A stretch of DNA of 64,000 bases from Takakia lepidozioides (Eukaryota; Plantae; Bryophyta): contig CM060734.1 of NCBI GenBank assembly GCA_030704615.1, positions 7,192,001-7,256,000 of the forward strand, in the 5' to 3' direction. A program made the position numbers and the translations under genes. Under the pieces are notes generated by a model. That model had not been told where the DNA came from. It saw only the letters and a list, made by a program, of their open reading frames with translations, and searched no databases. Positions within the stretch are counted from its first letter, which is position 1, and the number at the start of each line of letters is the position of its first letter. Below are positions 51,863 through 63,330 of this stretch, piece after piece.

Positions 51863-54707
51863 TCAAGGTTCTGATAAAACCACCTTTGAGATGTCTGGGA
51901 ACTTGTCTTTAATGGCTGCCTGGATTCCCATGCCAATTGGTGCAGGGCCTTTGTACTTGACCTGGCAATCACCACTCGTAGAGTCCACTGAAATCACCTC
52001 AACAGAGCCGCCATAATTGTGGATAGCAGGTCTCAGCATATCCAAATGTGCATTTACAGCCTGCACCAATCCAACACCATCTCATTTTTATTTTAAACAA
52101 GCACATCCCCAGCATCCACAATCTCTGTATCTTTCCTCCTATCGTACTGGATACAGGATCTATTTCAGTACACCATGCCAAGCAGTCTGCACTGTGGCCA
52201 TGTGACTTTGGGAACTATGATCATGTTCTCCTCCTCACCAACAGTCATAATGTAAGACAAGAATAAGGCCTTCTTGTCCTTCTATTCCAATTCAGGCAAT
52301 CAGGAAAAAACCATCTTACTGTCAGGTAAGTACACCTGAATGGGAATATTAATCTCCCACATTGACCAGTCAGAAAAGGAGGGTGAAGGGGCATGTATAC
52401 CGCAACAGTGCCACCCAGCTCCTGCTTATCAACCTGGACAATTTCCGTCAAGGCATTCCTAAACTTTTCCTTTAGCACCCTCTCTATGCCCATCTTCATT
52501 GTGCTTGTGGAGCTCGGGCATGTCCCGCATGCGCCTGCGTAGTCCAGACGCATCAAGTAAAGCAATGAGTCAATAGCCACTGAAATTTCCTACTGAATGA
52601 GGCCATTGAGTTTTACATTTTCATATTTGACTTCCTCTGTGTCTTCATCTCGTGTGACTGGCAAGAATTGAGTCTGGCCAACACCAGGCATATGTTTCTG
52701 GCTTCTGGACATGTGGATACCTTCACATGAAACTCTCGAAGTTGACTATTAGTGGTTATAGATCCAGGACACTATTAAAGAACATGTATTACAAAGAAAG
52801 AAAATGAAAAAGAAGGTCTCCATGTCTCATTATCCCTGCCCCAAGGTTCCTGCAATTCAATTGCTGTTGAATATTGCTAGCATCAATCGACTTAAGACTA
52901 TGAGCATCTAGACTCCACACTACTGGGCGTCAATCCTCTTCATGTACAGGAATAAATTGACAGTGGGTTGAAATTGCAAGGCATATATTGTATTAGGTTT
53001 CTTGCAGACTCCACAGAAAAATCAATGCTGAAACATACCTTGAAGACGAAGTGACACAACACCATCCTTCAGACCTACAACCTCGACATTACCACCATCG
53101 GCAATAAGATATGGCCGCACTTCATTGAGAACCCTGTCCACATTATCAACAGTTAGCTCAAAGCTTTCTGCTGAATACAGCCCTCCAACTCCTGCCCCGT
53201 TCCCCTGAGGCTTTGCGAAGGGGCTTGTAATCTGTGCAGGCTTCTCTGCTACATGCACCCCATTGGTGGATACTTCTGGCGGTGCCACCTGGATTTCTTC
53301 TTTGGCAGCTCCATTGCTGGAGGCCACCGGATCGACCGTAGCTTTCGTCTGCCCGTCAATCACACTGCTCCAATCGTCTCCCTCTGTTGCCTGCCACATA
53401 CAAATGTGTGGAAATTCAACCCATCAGAGCTTTCCTCACCATTTACAGAGTCCAGATCACAATTCCTTCTTCAGATCTTACAGCAACTTACAAAACTGGT
53501 CATACCCTGTTTGAAAACAACGCTATGTATATAGATGGCCTCACATGCAAGTTCTCCACCTACACTGGATACCAAGCAGAGAGTACAATTCTGCCGTGGC
53601 CAGGCAAACGCCCGACCATGTTCCCCATAGTGTCGACAAAGTGGGAACAACAAGCGGACTGATTTACAAAGATGGCTAGCGATGCATGAGTCCAACATAG
53701 CAAGGTTGCAATGAATTTTGATATGATGGCCTCATTCCTGCCTTTTCATTATCCAAAAAATAGACACGAGAAGAGAGGAAGGGAGATGAGACACTCAACT
53801 TCAGAAGATACCTCTTAGACCAAAAGGATGAGCGTCCACATACCTGAAGCAGTTTGAGACGGCGTGTGCGGCTATCGTCGTTCTCCCCCTCCACCCCATC
53901 AAACAAATTTTCCCCCATGGCTTTCCGCATTTTGAGCTTCTTCTCCTCATACTCTGTCCTCTCTTCCTCTGACATTAGAGCGACAGGGATCCCACTTGTG
54001 CCCCCCTCCCAGAGGTCTTTCTCCAAAGAATTCCCAGGAGGGGATAACCCGGCGGCAGCTTCCAGCCATCTCTGTCTTTCCTCCTCGAGCTTTGCGCGAG
54101 TGATCAATGCCGCCTCTCTATACATTTTGACTTTCATAGAAGAACATTTCTGTTCCCCAACTCGACCCCGTAAGGTTTTGAGAGAGAGAACCACGTTCCT
54201 TGAGTACCCCACGTACTGCAATCGCCCTTCGGTGTCATAGATTGCAAAAACTCCGCCAAATTTGAAGGTTTCCCTCGGACCCACGTAGGCTTCGAAATCA
54301 AGGATTGCGTTTCCATCATCCTCACCTTCTCTCCCTGTAAATTCTTTCTTCCCAGAGCTATGTACGTCGGCCCCACCATCTCCATAAAGGAACCCATGGA
54401 GCCCTTTATGGCCCTCAGGCACCGCATCGTCAGTCACCACCCCTGAGAGAGACTGCAGCGCTTGCTTCCGTGAATCGGCGGTGGCGCTCGCTCTAACTGT
54501 TAGCAGTCTTGAGAAATTCCCCGCATCCCTTTTACAGAAAGTGGGTCTTTCCGTGGACACTAAGCTGAGAGAAGGACTTGCAAATTGGTTTCCTCCGAGC
54601 AAACCCTGGGGGGCAAACCTGGGCCTATCGGGTGATGTCACACAGGAGGAATGGGTTGCAAAGGCGGATGGCGCAGAAAATCTTGCTGTTTTTTCTAAGA
54701 CCTCCAT
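51863..54707 (-). CDS. NFU1: Plastid NifU-like Fe-S cluster transfer protein NFU1 with N-terminal GIY-YIG-like domain (515 aa predicted)
   Basis: Exons 54707-53844, 53390-53039, 52534-52401 and 52060-51863 with GT-AG introns and a consistent frame (1548 nt). Transit-peptide-like N-terminus; GVFAIYD...LQYVGYSRN; VLNEVRPYLIADGGNVEV...GACGTCPSS; second NFU repeat lacks CxxC. Confidence 0.92.
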
Positions 54708-55559
54708 ATCTGCAGCTCCAGTAGATCACTCTGAATTGTTTGATTTACGAACCTCTAGAAATTCCATGTGGGTGACAGCAATGCAGCACAAGAGGGCATT
54801 GTCTCTCTTCTCTACGTGCCCCCTCTCTGGCACCAGAATGTGAGAAAAGATATGTAGACTGATTTGACTACCCGATGAATACACCACCCCTAGAGAGAAG
54901 GATTCCTCGCAGCGTCGGACGAGCATGAAATGCTTTGAGCTATGGCGGACGAGTTGAGCGTCGTTGAGGAGAGAGATTCAGAGCAGCCTACACCGGATGA
55001 ATGTCCTTACCCTGTGGATGAATGTATTAGGAAGAGACGAATCAGCCTGAATGGATGAACGTGTATGAAGCAGATGAATGCACCTGAGTGGATGAATATT
55101 CCACCATGCTGCGCACAAGTTCATTCATCTATGATCTCATCCGATGTGTCCCACCTTATAAAGTTGCGTAGGGACACAAAATGTGTCACACTCGCGGCTC
55201 GCCATGTCACCACAATAAAAAAAAAGATGAAGTTTGCATTTCAGTCACTACAACTATCCCCTGAAACTTGGGCACTATCATCGACAAAAACCCGAGCTCC
55301 GAGGTCCCTGTTGGGCTTCCGAGCAGGCCGACAGGCAGTTGGGGGAGACATCGTGACACTCTGCTGACGAGCAATGGCCTCCGCGTAGTCAGGGAGGATG
55401 TATGAACGAGGAGGGCTACACCACAAGTCACTCTGAAGAACAGAGACGTCGTGCAAAGGAATAGCTTACAATATCCTGCCACCCAAATTACATGTACTGC
55501 ATTAGCTAATGTGAAAGACAAGGGGGGGGGGGGGGGGGGGGGGGGCTTGAGCATGCTAT

Positions 55560-56400
55560 AACGGGGAAGCAAACACCAAACGAACTTATCATCGTCGAGG
55601 TCCTCGTTGTCTCCTTCGTTGATATCAACATGCACTACAGCCTCCTGCTCTTTGGCGGCAGGCATTGGCCCTCGCAACTCTTGGAGGAGGTCAGTAAAAA
55701 TGGCCGCATCCCCTTCCATACCCAACAAATGTCGGCCCGCTGCGTTGCAAGCATGGTACGAAGCTCTTGCAAGGCACAGTTGTGTTACTAAGATGTTGCA
55801 AATTGTGTATCAAGGGAAAAAAGACCACAGAAAGAGAGATGTCAAACCCGTTCCAAGAGTCAGGTCGACGATGCGCGCCCTCGGATGGGAACATGTCTCA
55901 ATAATAGTTTGAATAAAAGTTGGGCTCTTCTCCTTGGCCCCTCTCCATGGTGTTCCGTTCGACTTTCTCAAACAAACATTCGAATCCACGTAATTGTAGT
56001 GTATATCGTCGACCACTGGATGAAACTTCTCGTTCATGAAACAAGCTCCCCCATGAAGCCTGAACTCCTTCACTGCAACATGAGTCAAAGAAGGGTGCAC
56101 CCTGACGAGGCAAATGGCTTCAAAAAGGCGGGTCTGCATGGAAGCCAACACGAAGCACAAATGAGCGAATGCATAAAACGACAAAAAAACAGTGCAACTT
56201 CACCCCTTCAAAATTGAGTGCGTTGACGCACTCAATTTTGGAGGGGTGAACAGAAAAATGAAATGAAGCAGACAAGAGAAGAATGCTACCATTTATCGGA
56301 ATGGATGATTACCATTTGTCTCGGACAGTCCCCCTTCGTCCAGTATAAGCTTTTGACACCATTCCACCATTCTTGGCTGCAAACAGACATGTCCATACAG
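55560..56400 (-). pseudogene. DNA amino-methyltransferase-like gene fragment, copy 3
   Basis: Exons ~56400-56313, 56133-55848 and 55766 onward: PWRGAKEKSPTFIQTIIETCSHPRARIVDLTLGTG|ASYHACNAAGRHLLGMEGDAAIF. Confidence 0.75.
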
Positions 56401-57172
56401 GCACTAAAAGAGGAATCCCCCCCCCCCACAAACCGGAAGCTAATCTCAATGGAAGGACAGACAAAAAAACAAGTATCAGACCCTCTGAAACTGAGTGCGT
56501 CAACGCACTCAATTCTGAAGGGTTTTGATTTGCCCAGTGGAAGTAAGCATGCCCAGACCGGCAGCAAACATGAACTATCATCCAAAACCAGAAGCATGAC
56601 TCAAGGGGGACGAACCACAGCTGCATTTGTGGTCCTCTGAAACTGTGTGCATCAACGCACTCAGTTTTGGAGGGCCACAAGTGGAAATATATATATATAT
56701 ATATAAATTGGGTTCTCCCTCCTTTCCTGCCTAGAACTGAGTGCGTCAACGCACCCAATTTCTTCACTCATAAAGGAGCTCCGTAAACGCACTCAAATTC
56801 TCAATACCAGCTGTGAAGGGTTCTCTTCAAGTTCCTCTTTGTGCACAATGGATACACACAAAGGCTTCACGGTGTGGAATCACCCCCACAAACTGAGTGC
56901 ATTGACGCACTCAGTTTCTGGGGCTCTTTCCAATAATATTCTCTTCCATCTCCTCTCTCTCTGAATGTGGTTATGTCTGCTAACCTATTTCGATAAATGG
57001 AGTGAGAGCACCCCCAAAAACTGTGTGCGTTGACGCACTCAATTTCTGGAGGTCTTGAGTTGTCTCCAGTTTTTGAAGTCCTCACATGATGGTTCAATTT
57101 TTGTCCGTGATTGCCGGAAAGGAGAATAAAATAGCACCCCTAAAAATTGAGTGCGTCAACACACTCAGTTTT
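56199..57172. repeat. Array of ~7 interspersed palindromic repeats (core AAAYTGAGTGCGTYRACGCACTCARTTT)
   Basis: Copies at ~56199-56250, 56475-56529, 56624-56683, 56734-56762, 56884-56923, 57011-57052 and 57142-57172, with a half-site near 56785. Confidence 0.9.
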
Positions 57173-57552
57173 CGTAACCTCTCCACAGCCAAAAATCAAA
57201 CAAGCATAGGAAGATTACCTTCGGTAATTTGTTAGGAGCACTCCCCGATGCATCTCTCTCTTCTCTTTCTTCTCGAAAGAGGCGGATGACAATGGTTTTG
57301 TAGTTGTGCAAGAACATGTCCTAGCAACACGCTTTCAGCTCGACAATGGCATTGTCTTTCGAGAGAGAGAGGTGTGCGGCTGGTCAAATACACATTCCAA
57401 AAACCTGATGAAACTGCGCATATTAGTCAGTGGAGAGTTCCTCCAGGAAGATACACGGTCCTTGGAGCTCCCCGCCGGCAGTCCGTTGGCTCATATATCA
57501 CACAAGGAACTGCAGCTTCGGTGGTTCAAGACAAAAATGATGTGGTGGTGAA

Positions 57553-59329
57553 AATGGAGACAACAACCTCCACCCCAATCGTTGAGCTCTCGGACTCGTT
57601 GGAGGAGGACGTCTTTGAATTTCCATCTGCGGTGCATCCACCGTTAGTTGTAGAAATGGAAGTTAAAGACATCTGCAGTATCATTCCAAAGCTGAAGTCA
57701 ATGGGAGGGATGACCGGTTTCAAGAGTGAGTTACGGGGAATTGACTAGGACACTTTCAACATTGAACGTGTTGAGTTCCTGCCAGAGACATTTAATGGGG
57801 ATATCCTCTTTGAGCTGCCTCTACCTGAGAAAGTTGGAGCTATTTCAAGTCTAATGCGAGGCCCATGGACACCCATGGTGTAGAACAAAACATCCAATAT
57901 TCAAAATCATGACAACCTCGTATTCAGGAGAACGGTTTGCAATGGGCACCTGAGGTGCGAGAATTTGAATGGCAGGCATTTCCTTCTCCCTGGAGTTTAG
58001 AACTAGAGCAAATGGGAGGGTGTCACGGACAACCCATTCAAGCCTGGGGAAAGACCCCCAAGCACCAACCCATTCTGCAGATCAACATGTCCATTGAGGA
58101 GATGGCGGACATGCCTTCTTGCAATCTGGCAGAGATAGTGCACAATGCATGGTTGCAGCAATCTGGAAAACGAGGAAGAGATTTGTATGTGGCGACGGCC
58201 AATGATCTGACACGTGCTCTGCAGCAACAAACTAGATACCAGGAGTTCTTGCGGGGTGGGGTTGGTGGCAAGGGTCCCGACAAGAGTAAGTTGATGTTGC
58301 GAGCTGCAAGAAGGTCGGAGGATCCGACCAAGATAGTTGGGGCGGTCAGCATGTGTGCCGATGTAACCCCTCTCGTGTCTTGTGTTCTGCATCTGGAAGG
58401 TGAGGAGAGATTCGGCTCTTGTAAGCGGAAATTGAACACCCCTCTTGGTTTGGATGCGGATTCGCACAGGGCGGACAGAGACCGGACAACTTCTCCATGC
58501 CGTGTGTTTCCATCCATCAGAGATCAATTTCCGGAACGTCCACTACATCCTCAAGCATTGCAATCTCCTGAGTTGTGAGATCTGTCCTCACCTTCACAAA
58601 CCAAACGCTTGGTGGAGAAGGCTTCATGACCACCGATGGTCGCACAGTCCCACGCACGCATCTACCACAGCCGTCAGCGCATAACCATAATTTGTGGTTC
58701 TTTGCCTCTGCTTTCTTGTATGGGCGAAACAAACCAGAGAAAGTCGGAGGCAGAGTCCATGCACTAGCTCTGGATATGAATGATGTGCATTTTTTGAATG
58801 TGGTGGCCCGGAGCACCGAACATTTCACTTGAGACCCAGCACTGGTGTGATCTATGTGCCAAACCTCATCGGGGCACATGAACTCCACCACATTGGGGAG
58901 CATGTTCTTCTCCCGCAGTACCATTGCTTTGACAGTGGGAGATGTAGGGGTTTGGCGTTGTGACGAATGTTCCTCCGTTTTGCACGGCAACCCACTGTAC
59001 ATGCAAGTGCTTCGAGTTCTGGCAGTTCTCGACTACCTCCTGCAGATGCTCGTTTACATCCAACTAAACGGAATGGAAACCTAGTTCGACGTTTTCCTCC
59101 AACCGCAGAACATTTCGGCAAGGTCAAATCCGCAAGAATGCTTCAAGCTAGTGTTACGGAAGTTCCTGATCCGGAGTATGGTCGGGTCTACACAATGATG
59201 ACATCGACATCTCTGCAGGACAAATCATACGACATCACTGTTTCGAATTTCCCCAATTGCACCTATCCGGATTTTGTTGGCATACTTTCAACTAGTTTGG
59301 GAAAGAGAGGCAAATTCATACCCTGCAAA
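57553..59329 (+). mobile_element. SWIM zinc-finger transposase-like gene relic (Mutator-related), internally deleted or inverted
   Basis: VEFLPETFNGDILFELP..HPWCRTKTSNI..CNGHLRCEN; CNLAEIVHNAWLQQSG..LYVAT; YDITVSNFPNCTYPDF...FIPCK (SWIM finger cut off before its final His). Confidence 0.6.
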
Positions 59330-61200
59330 AGAGAGAGAGAGAAGACTCCGGCCAAGGCCGGTGTAACTAAGAGCCACTTTGCCTTCCGGCTACTGCCCCC
59401 TTTCGGGGGTGGGCCCTATATAAATATGACAGGTGTCAAGGGGACACCAAGTAACCGAGGGTATGAGGTACCTTTGGGTACCTAGGGTACCCAGGGGTAC
59501 CCTGAGGTACCAGAGATGGGGTCGATTTGAGTTTCCACTTATTGGTTATGATGGCTGTGAGAGAGCGAAGTGCCGTAAGGTGGATGTCTTTAAAGCATGT
59601 ATGGATGGAGGTGGTGGGGATATTAAAATTGTCTTGAAGTGTTGAGATACTGTTGTTGCGTATGCCCACTCTAGTGCCTGCAGAGATGACAGAGAGTGGG
59701 CCCGTGGCCCACCCTCGTCCGCGAATAGCAAGGGGCGTATTTCTAGCGCTTTTTGAGGATGGAGGTATGCGGGAAGCGGTCGTGGCAGTACGTAAATTCG
59801 ATGAAGTGTATGACTAGTGATGGGGTAGGAGTAGAGGATGGAGGGGTGTTGGTGGGAAGTCCCTGAACTAAGAGGATATCCGGGCAAAGCCTAGTGGGAC
59901 ATGTGCATGTAGCATGGGGTTGGCAAATACAGGGTAATAGCCAGGATGGTACTGTATGGTATGGGGGTCTACCTTGGTAAGTGCCAGCATTGATGAGTGA
60001 GAACCATCTGGTTTCTTTATGTCGTTGTAATAGTTTGTGGATGTGCCATACTGCTAGATTGTGCCTAGCGATACGAAGGCCATGCAAGACTAGGTGGGGG
60101 CATTTACTGAGGATATGTGGCCAAGTGTCAGGTACTGCATGTATATGGGAGCAGAGGGGGCAATGTAGGGATGTAAAAGTGGTTGGCTAGAAGGTATGCT
60201 TACGTTGGTGCCCCATATACTGGGCAAATCTAAACTTAAGTGTTTGTTTGATTTGTGTGTCGGAAGCGGCCTTAGTGTGCCAAAAGTGGTTGGACAGTTT
60301 ATGATTGAGTAATGTGGAGTGTGTCCATTTTTGGATATGTTGTTTGGTGTGACTGAGTGATGTAGCGACTTGTTTGTTGGCTTCTTTAGATAGAGTAGAG
60401 TGGAGGTTACGGATAGGTTTAGGTTTGGGGGGGCTTGGAATTGGATGTATTAGCCAGAAGGGGTGCGTATGTGCAGTGTGGATGGGGTTTGTGGGGGGTT
60501 CTACTAGGGGTTTGGAGCGCCCTAGTTGGGCAAGGAGGTCAGCCTCCTCATTCCCGTTGATACCGGTATGTGAGCGTACTTTAAGAAATTGAATGGGTTG
60601 GTTGATTGAGAGGGCTAAAGTGATGATTGCTGAGATGAGATTACGATCTGGGTGGTGATGGTGGGAGGATGGGCTGGCTATGTGGTTTCGCAGGAGAAAG
60701 AGCGAAGTTAAGCTGTCTGTAAAAATGTAGTATGGTGGGGGGGAGAGGCCTTCTAGATGGCCATAAGTTCGGCACGTAGTATGGTTGCGGGGCCCGGAAG
60801 TTGGTGGGCTGTACCAGTGTTAGTGGCCGTGTGGTAGACTCCATATCTGGCGCAGGAGCCAGCTTGGGAGCCATCTGTGTAGTGTGCATGTGCTGAGGGG
60901 TATTTTAAAGAGGTAGGGCCTAGATAAATTGGAGGTGCTCCAACATGGGTAAGATTGAGTGACGGGATGGGGCGGGGAGGTGTCGGAATCCATGTTTTGT
61001 TTATTTTTGGTTTGTAGGGGGATCGAGATGGGGTGTGTAAAGGTGGCATTGGAAAGGATGTGATAGCCATGCTGTGAGTATCGGACAGTAACAGTTTGAA
61101 GGTGGGTAGAGAAAGTCTATAGGTATATGGGTGTGGAAGCGTTTGTGGCCTAACAAGATTAGGGTTAGAGTGTTCGTGCACCTCACTTCGGTAAGCTCCC
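59330..61200 (-). mobile_element. 3' part of a non-LTR retrotransposon with RNase H, CCHC finger and restriction-like endonuclease (Dualen/RandI-like)
   Basis: YTDGS...RAELMAI...KVRSHTGINGNEEAD (RNase H); CPLC..DTWPHILSKC; ARHN; PDILLV...IEFTYCHD (RLE); (CT)n-rich end at ~59330. Confidence 0.8.
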
Positions 61201-61391
61201 CCCTCAAGTCATAGTTTGTCGCGGCCCTTTGCCTTGAGGGATGGGGGGGGGGGGTGGGACCGTGAGGGGCTGCCCCTGTGGTAGGGGCAGCGGCAGCGTA
61301 GGATTGGGGGGGCTGAAGCACTCTGAGTGCCCAAGGCACTCAAGGAGGCGGAGGCGCTCACTAGGTGGAGCCCCGCACACCGGGTTGCGTG

Positions 61392-61890
61392 NNNNNNNNN
61401 NNNNNNNNNNNNNNNNNNNNNNNNNNNNNNNNNNNNNNNNNNNNNNNNNNNNNNNNNNNNNNNNNNNNNNNNNNNNNNNNNNNNNNNNNNNNNNNNNNNN
61501 NNNNNNNNNNNNNNNNNNNNNNNNNNNNNNNNNNNNNNNNNNNNNNNNNNNNNNNNNNNNNNNNNNNNNNNNNNNNNNNNNNNNNNNNNNNNNNNNNNNN
61601 NNNNNNNNNNNNNNNNNNNNNNNNNNNNNNNNNNNNNNNNNNNNNNNNNNNNNNNNNNNNNNNNNNNNNNNNNNNNNNNNNNNNNNNNNNNNNNNNNNNN
61701 NNNNNNNNNNNNNNNNNNNNNNNNNNNNNNNNNNNNNNNNNNNNNNNNNNNNNNNNNNNNNNNNNNNNNNNNNNNNNNNNNNNNNNNNNNNNNNNNNNNN
61801 NNNNNNNNNNNNNNNNNNNNNNNNNNNNNNNNNNNNNNNNNNNNNNNNNNNNNNNNNNNNNNNNNNNNNNNNNNNNNNNNNNNNNNNNNN
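61392..61890. other. Assembly gap (~500 N)
   Basis: Run of N. Confidence 1.
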
Positions 61891-63330
61891 NATGACCACC
61901 GGTGATACTAGTGGGTATACAAGACGAGGTGTGCGGTTTAGGCCACCTTCACCTTCAGTGTCTTCTGAGGAAGGTTCAGACTCGGAGTCAAGAGGATTCT
62001 CGCTGAGGGTGTAAGCCATTCCATGCCATTGTACTTGTGGGACATGATGGAGGAGATGTATGGAGCTACCAAGGGGCCATGTAGGTACTCTGGAGCTGTG
62101 GGCACCATCGAGCTTGATGACTTCATACAGGAGTTTGACAGTTGGTGTGATTTGCAGCAAATGCGCAATCCACAACTGTTTACGCCCTTTATGGCGTGGA
62201 AGGGGCTGTTCCAACACCTTGAGGGGCTGCCCATGGATGATTACCATGAATTTAGGCGGGGACATGATTTGAAGGGCATACCTTCCAACATCTGTCAACA
62301 CCGAATTGAATTGGAAGTTGATACGAAACCAGTTCGTCAGAATCTTCAACCGTTACAGAATGAACCCCAACTATACAGCTAAAGTTTGGGAAGAAATCAA
62401 GAAATTACTGGATGGAATATTCATATACCCAGTAGAGACACCACAATGGTTATCACCCATTGTGATAGTACCCAAGAAGAATGGTAAATTACGAGTATGT
62501 GTGGACTACCGCAAATTAAGCGCAGGAACCAAGAAAGACCCATTTCCACTACCTTTCACAGAGATAGTGTTGGACACAATAGCAGGACATGAGATGTACT
62601 CACTCATGGATGGGTTCAGTTGGTACAATCAGGTACAAATGGCAGAAGAAGACCGAGAAAAGACCGCATTCATTACTAAATGGGGAGCCTACGCTTACAA
62701 AGTCATGTCATTTGGACTTTGCAACGCACTAGCCACGTTTCAGCAAGCAGTATCTGAGATATTCGAGAGTTATCTCAATGATTTTATGCAGGTATTCTTG
62801 GATGATTTATGTGTCTTTGGACAGATATCCAAACACCTGGCACAGTTAAAACTTTGCCTACAAGCCTGCAGAGACAATGGAGTAAGTCTCAATCCGGAAA
62901 AATGTACATTTTGTGTGAATTCAGGATTACGGTTGGGACACATTGTGTGCCAACAGGGAATTCTGGTAGATTTGAAGAAGGTGGATGTTATCCAGAAAAT
63001 ACCACCACCAGAAAATCCCAAGAAACTCAAGAGATTTCTGGGGTAGACAAGCTATTACAGAAGGTACATGGCCAAATATGCTCACAGAGCGGCACCAGTC
63101 TATAGACTGCTGAAGAAAGATGCCGAATACCGATGGTCTCCAGCTTGCCAGGAATCATTTGATTCACTAAAAAGGGCACTCACAGCAGCACCAATTCTAA
63201 TAAATCCAAGATTGGATTTACCATTTCATGTACATAGTGATGCATCAGGCATTGCTTTGGGGGCAGTTTTGGCCCAGAATATGATATGCACAATAGATTC
63301 ACCAATCTATTATGCAAGCAGATTGCTGAC
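61891..63330 (+). mobile_element. Internally deleted Gypsy fragment (gag piece joined to RT-RNase H)
   Basis: YSGAVGTIELDDFIQEFDSW (gag) followed directly by DLKGIP...YRMNPNY...FLDD...HSDASG. The RT is related to the one at 28576-29731. Confidence 0.9.

Noticed and set aside
56199-57172. CRISPR array
   Set aside because: Spacers are long and highly variable, repeats are imperfect and in mixed orientation, there are no cas genes, and the context is eukaryotic and spliced.
59465-59512. Cluster of five GGTACC palindromes
   Set aside because: Short low-complexity repeat in the LINE 3' region with no evidence of separate function.
61204-62349. Long ORFs of 176-381 aa
   Set aside because: Artefacts of translating through the N gap.
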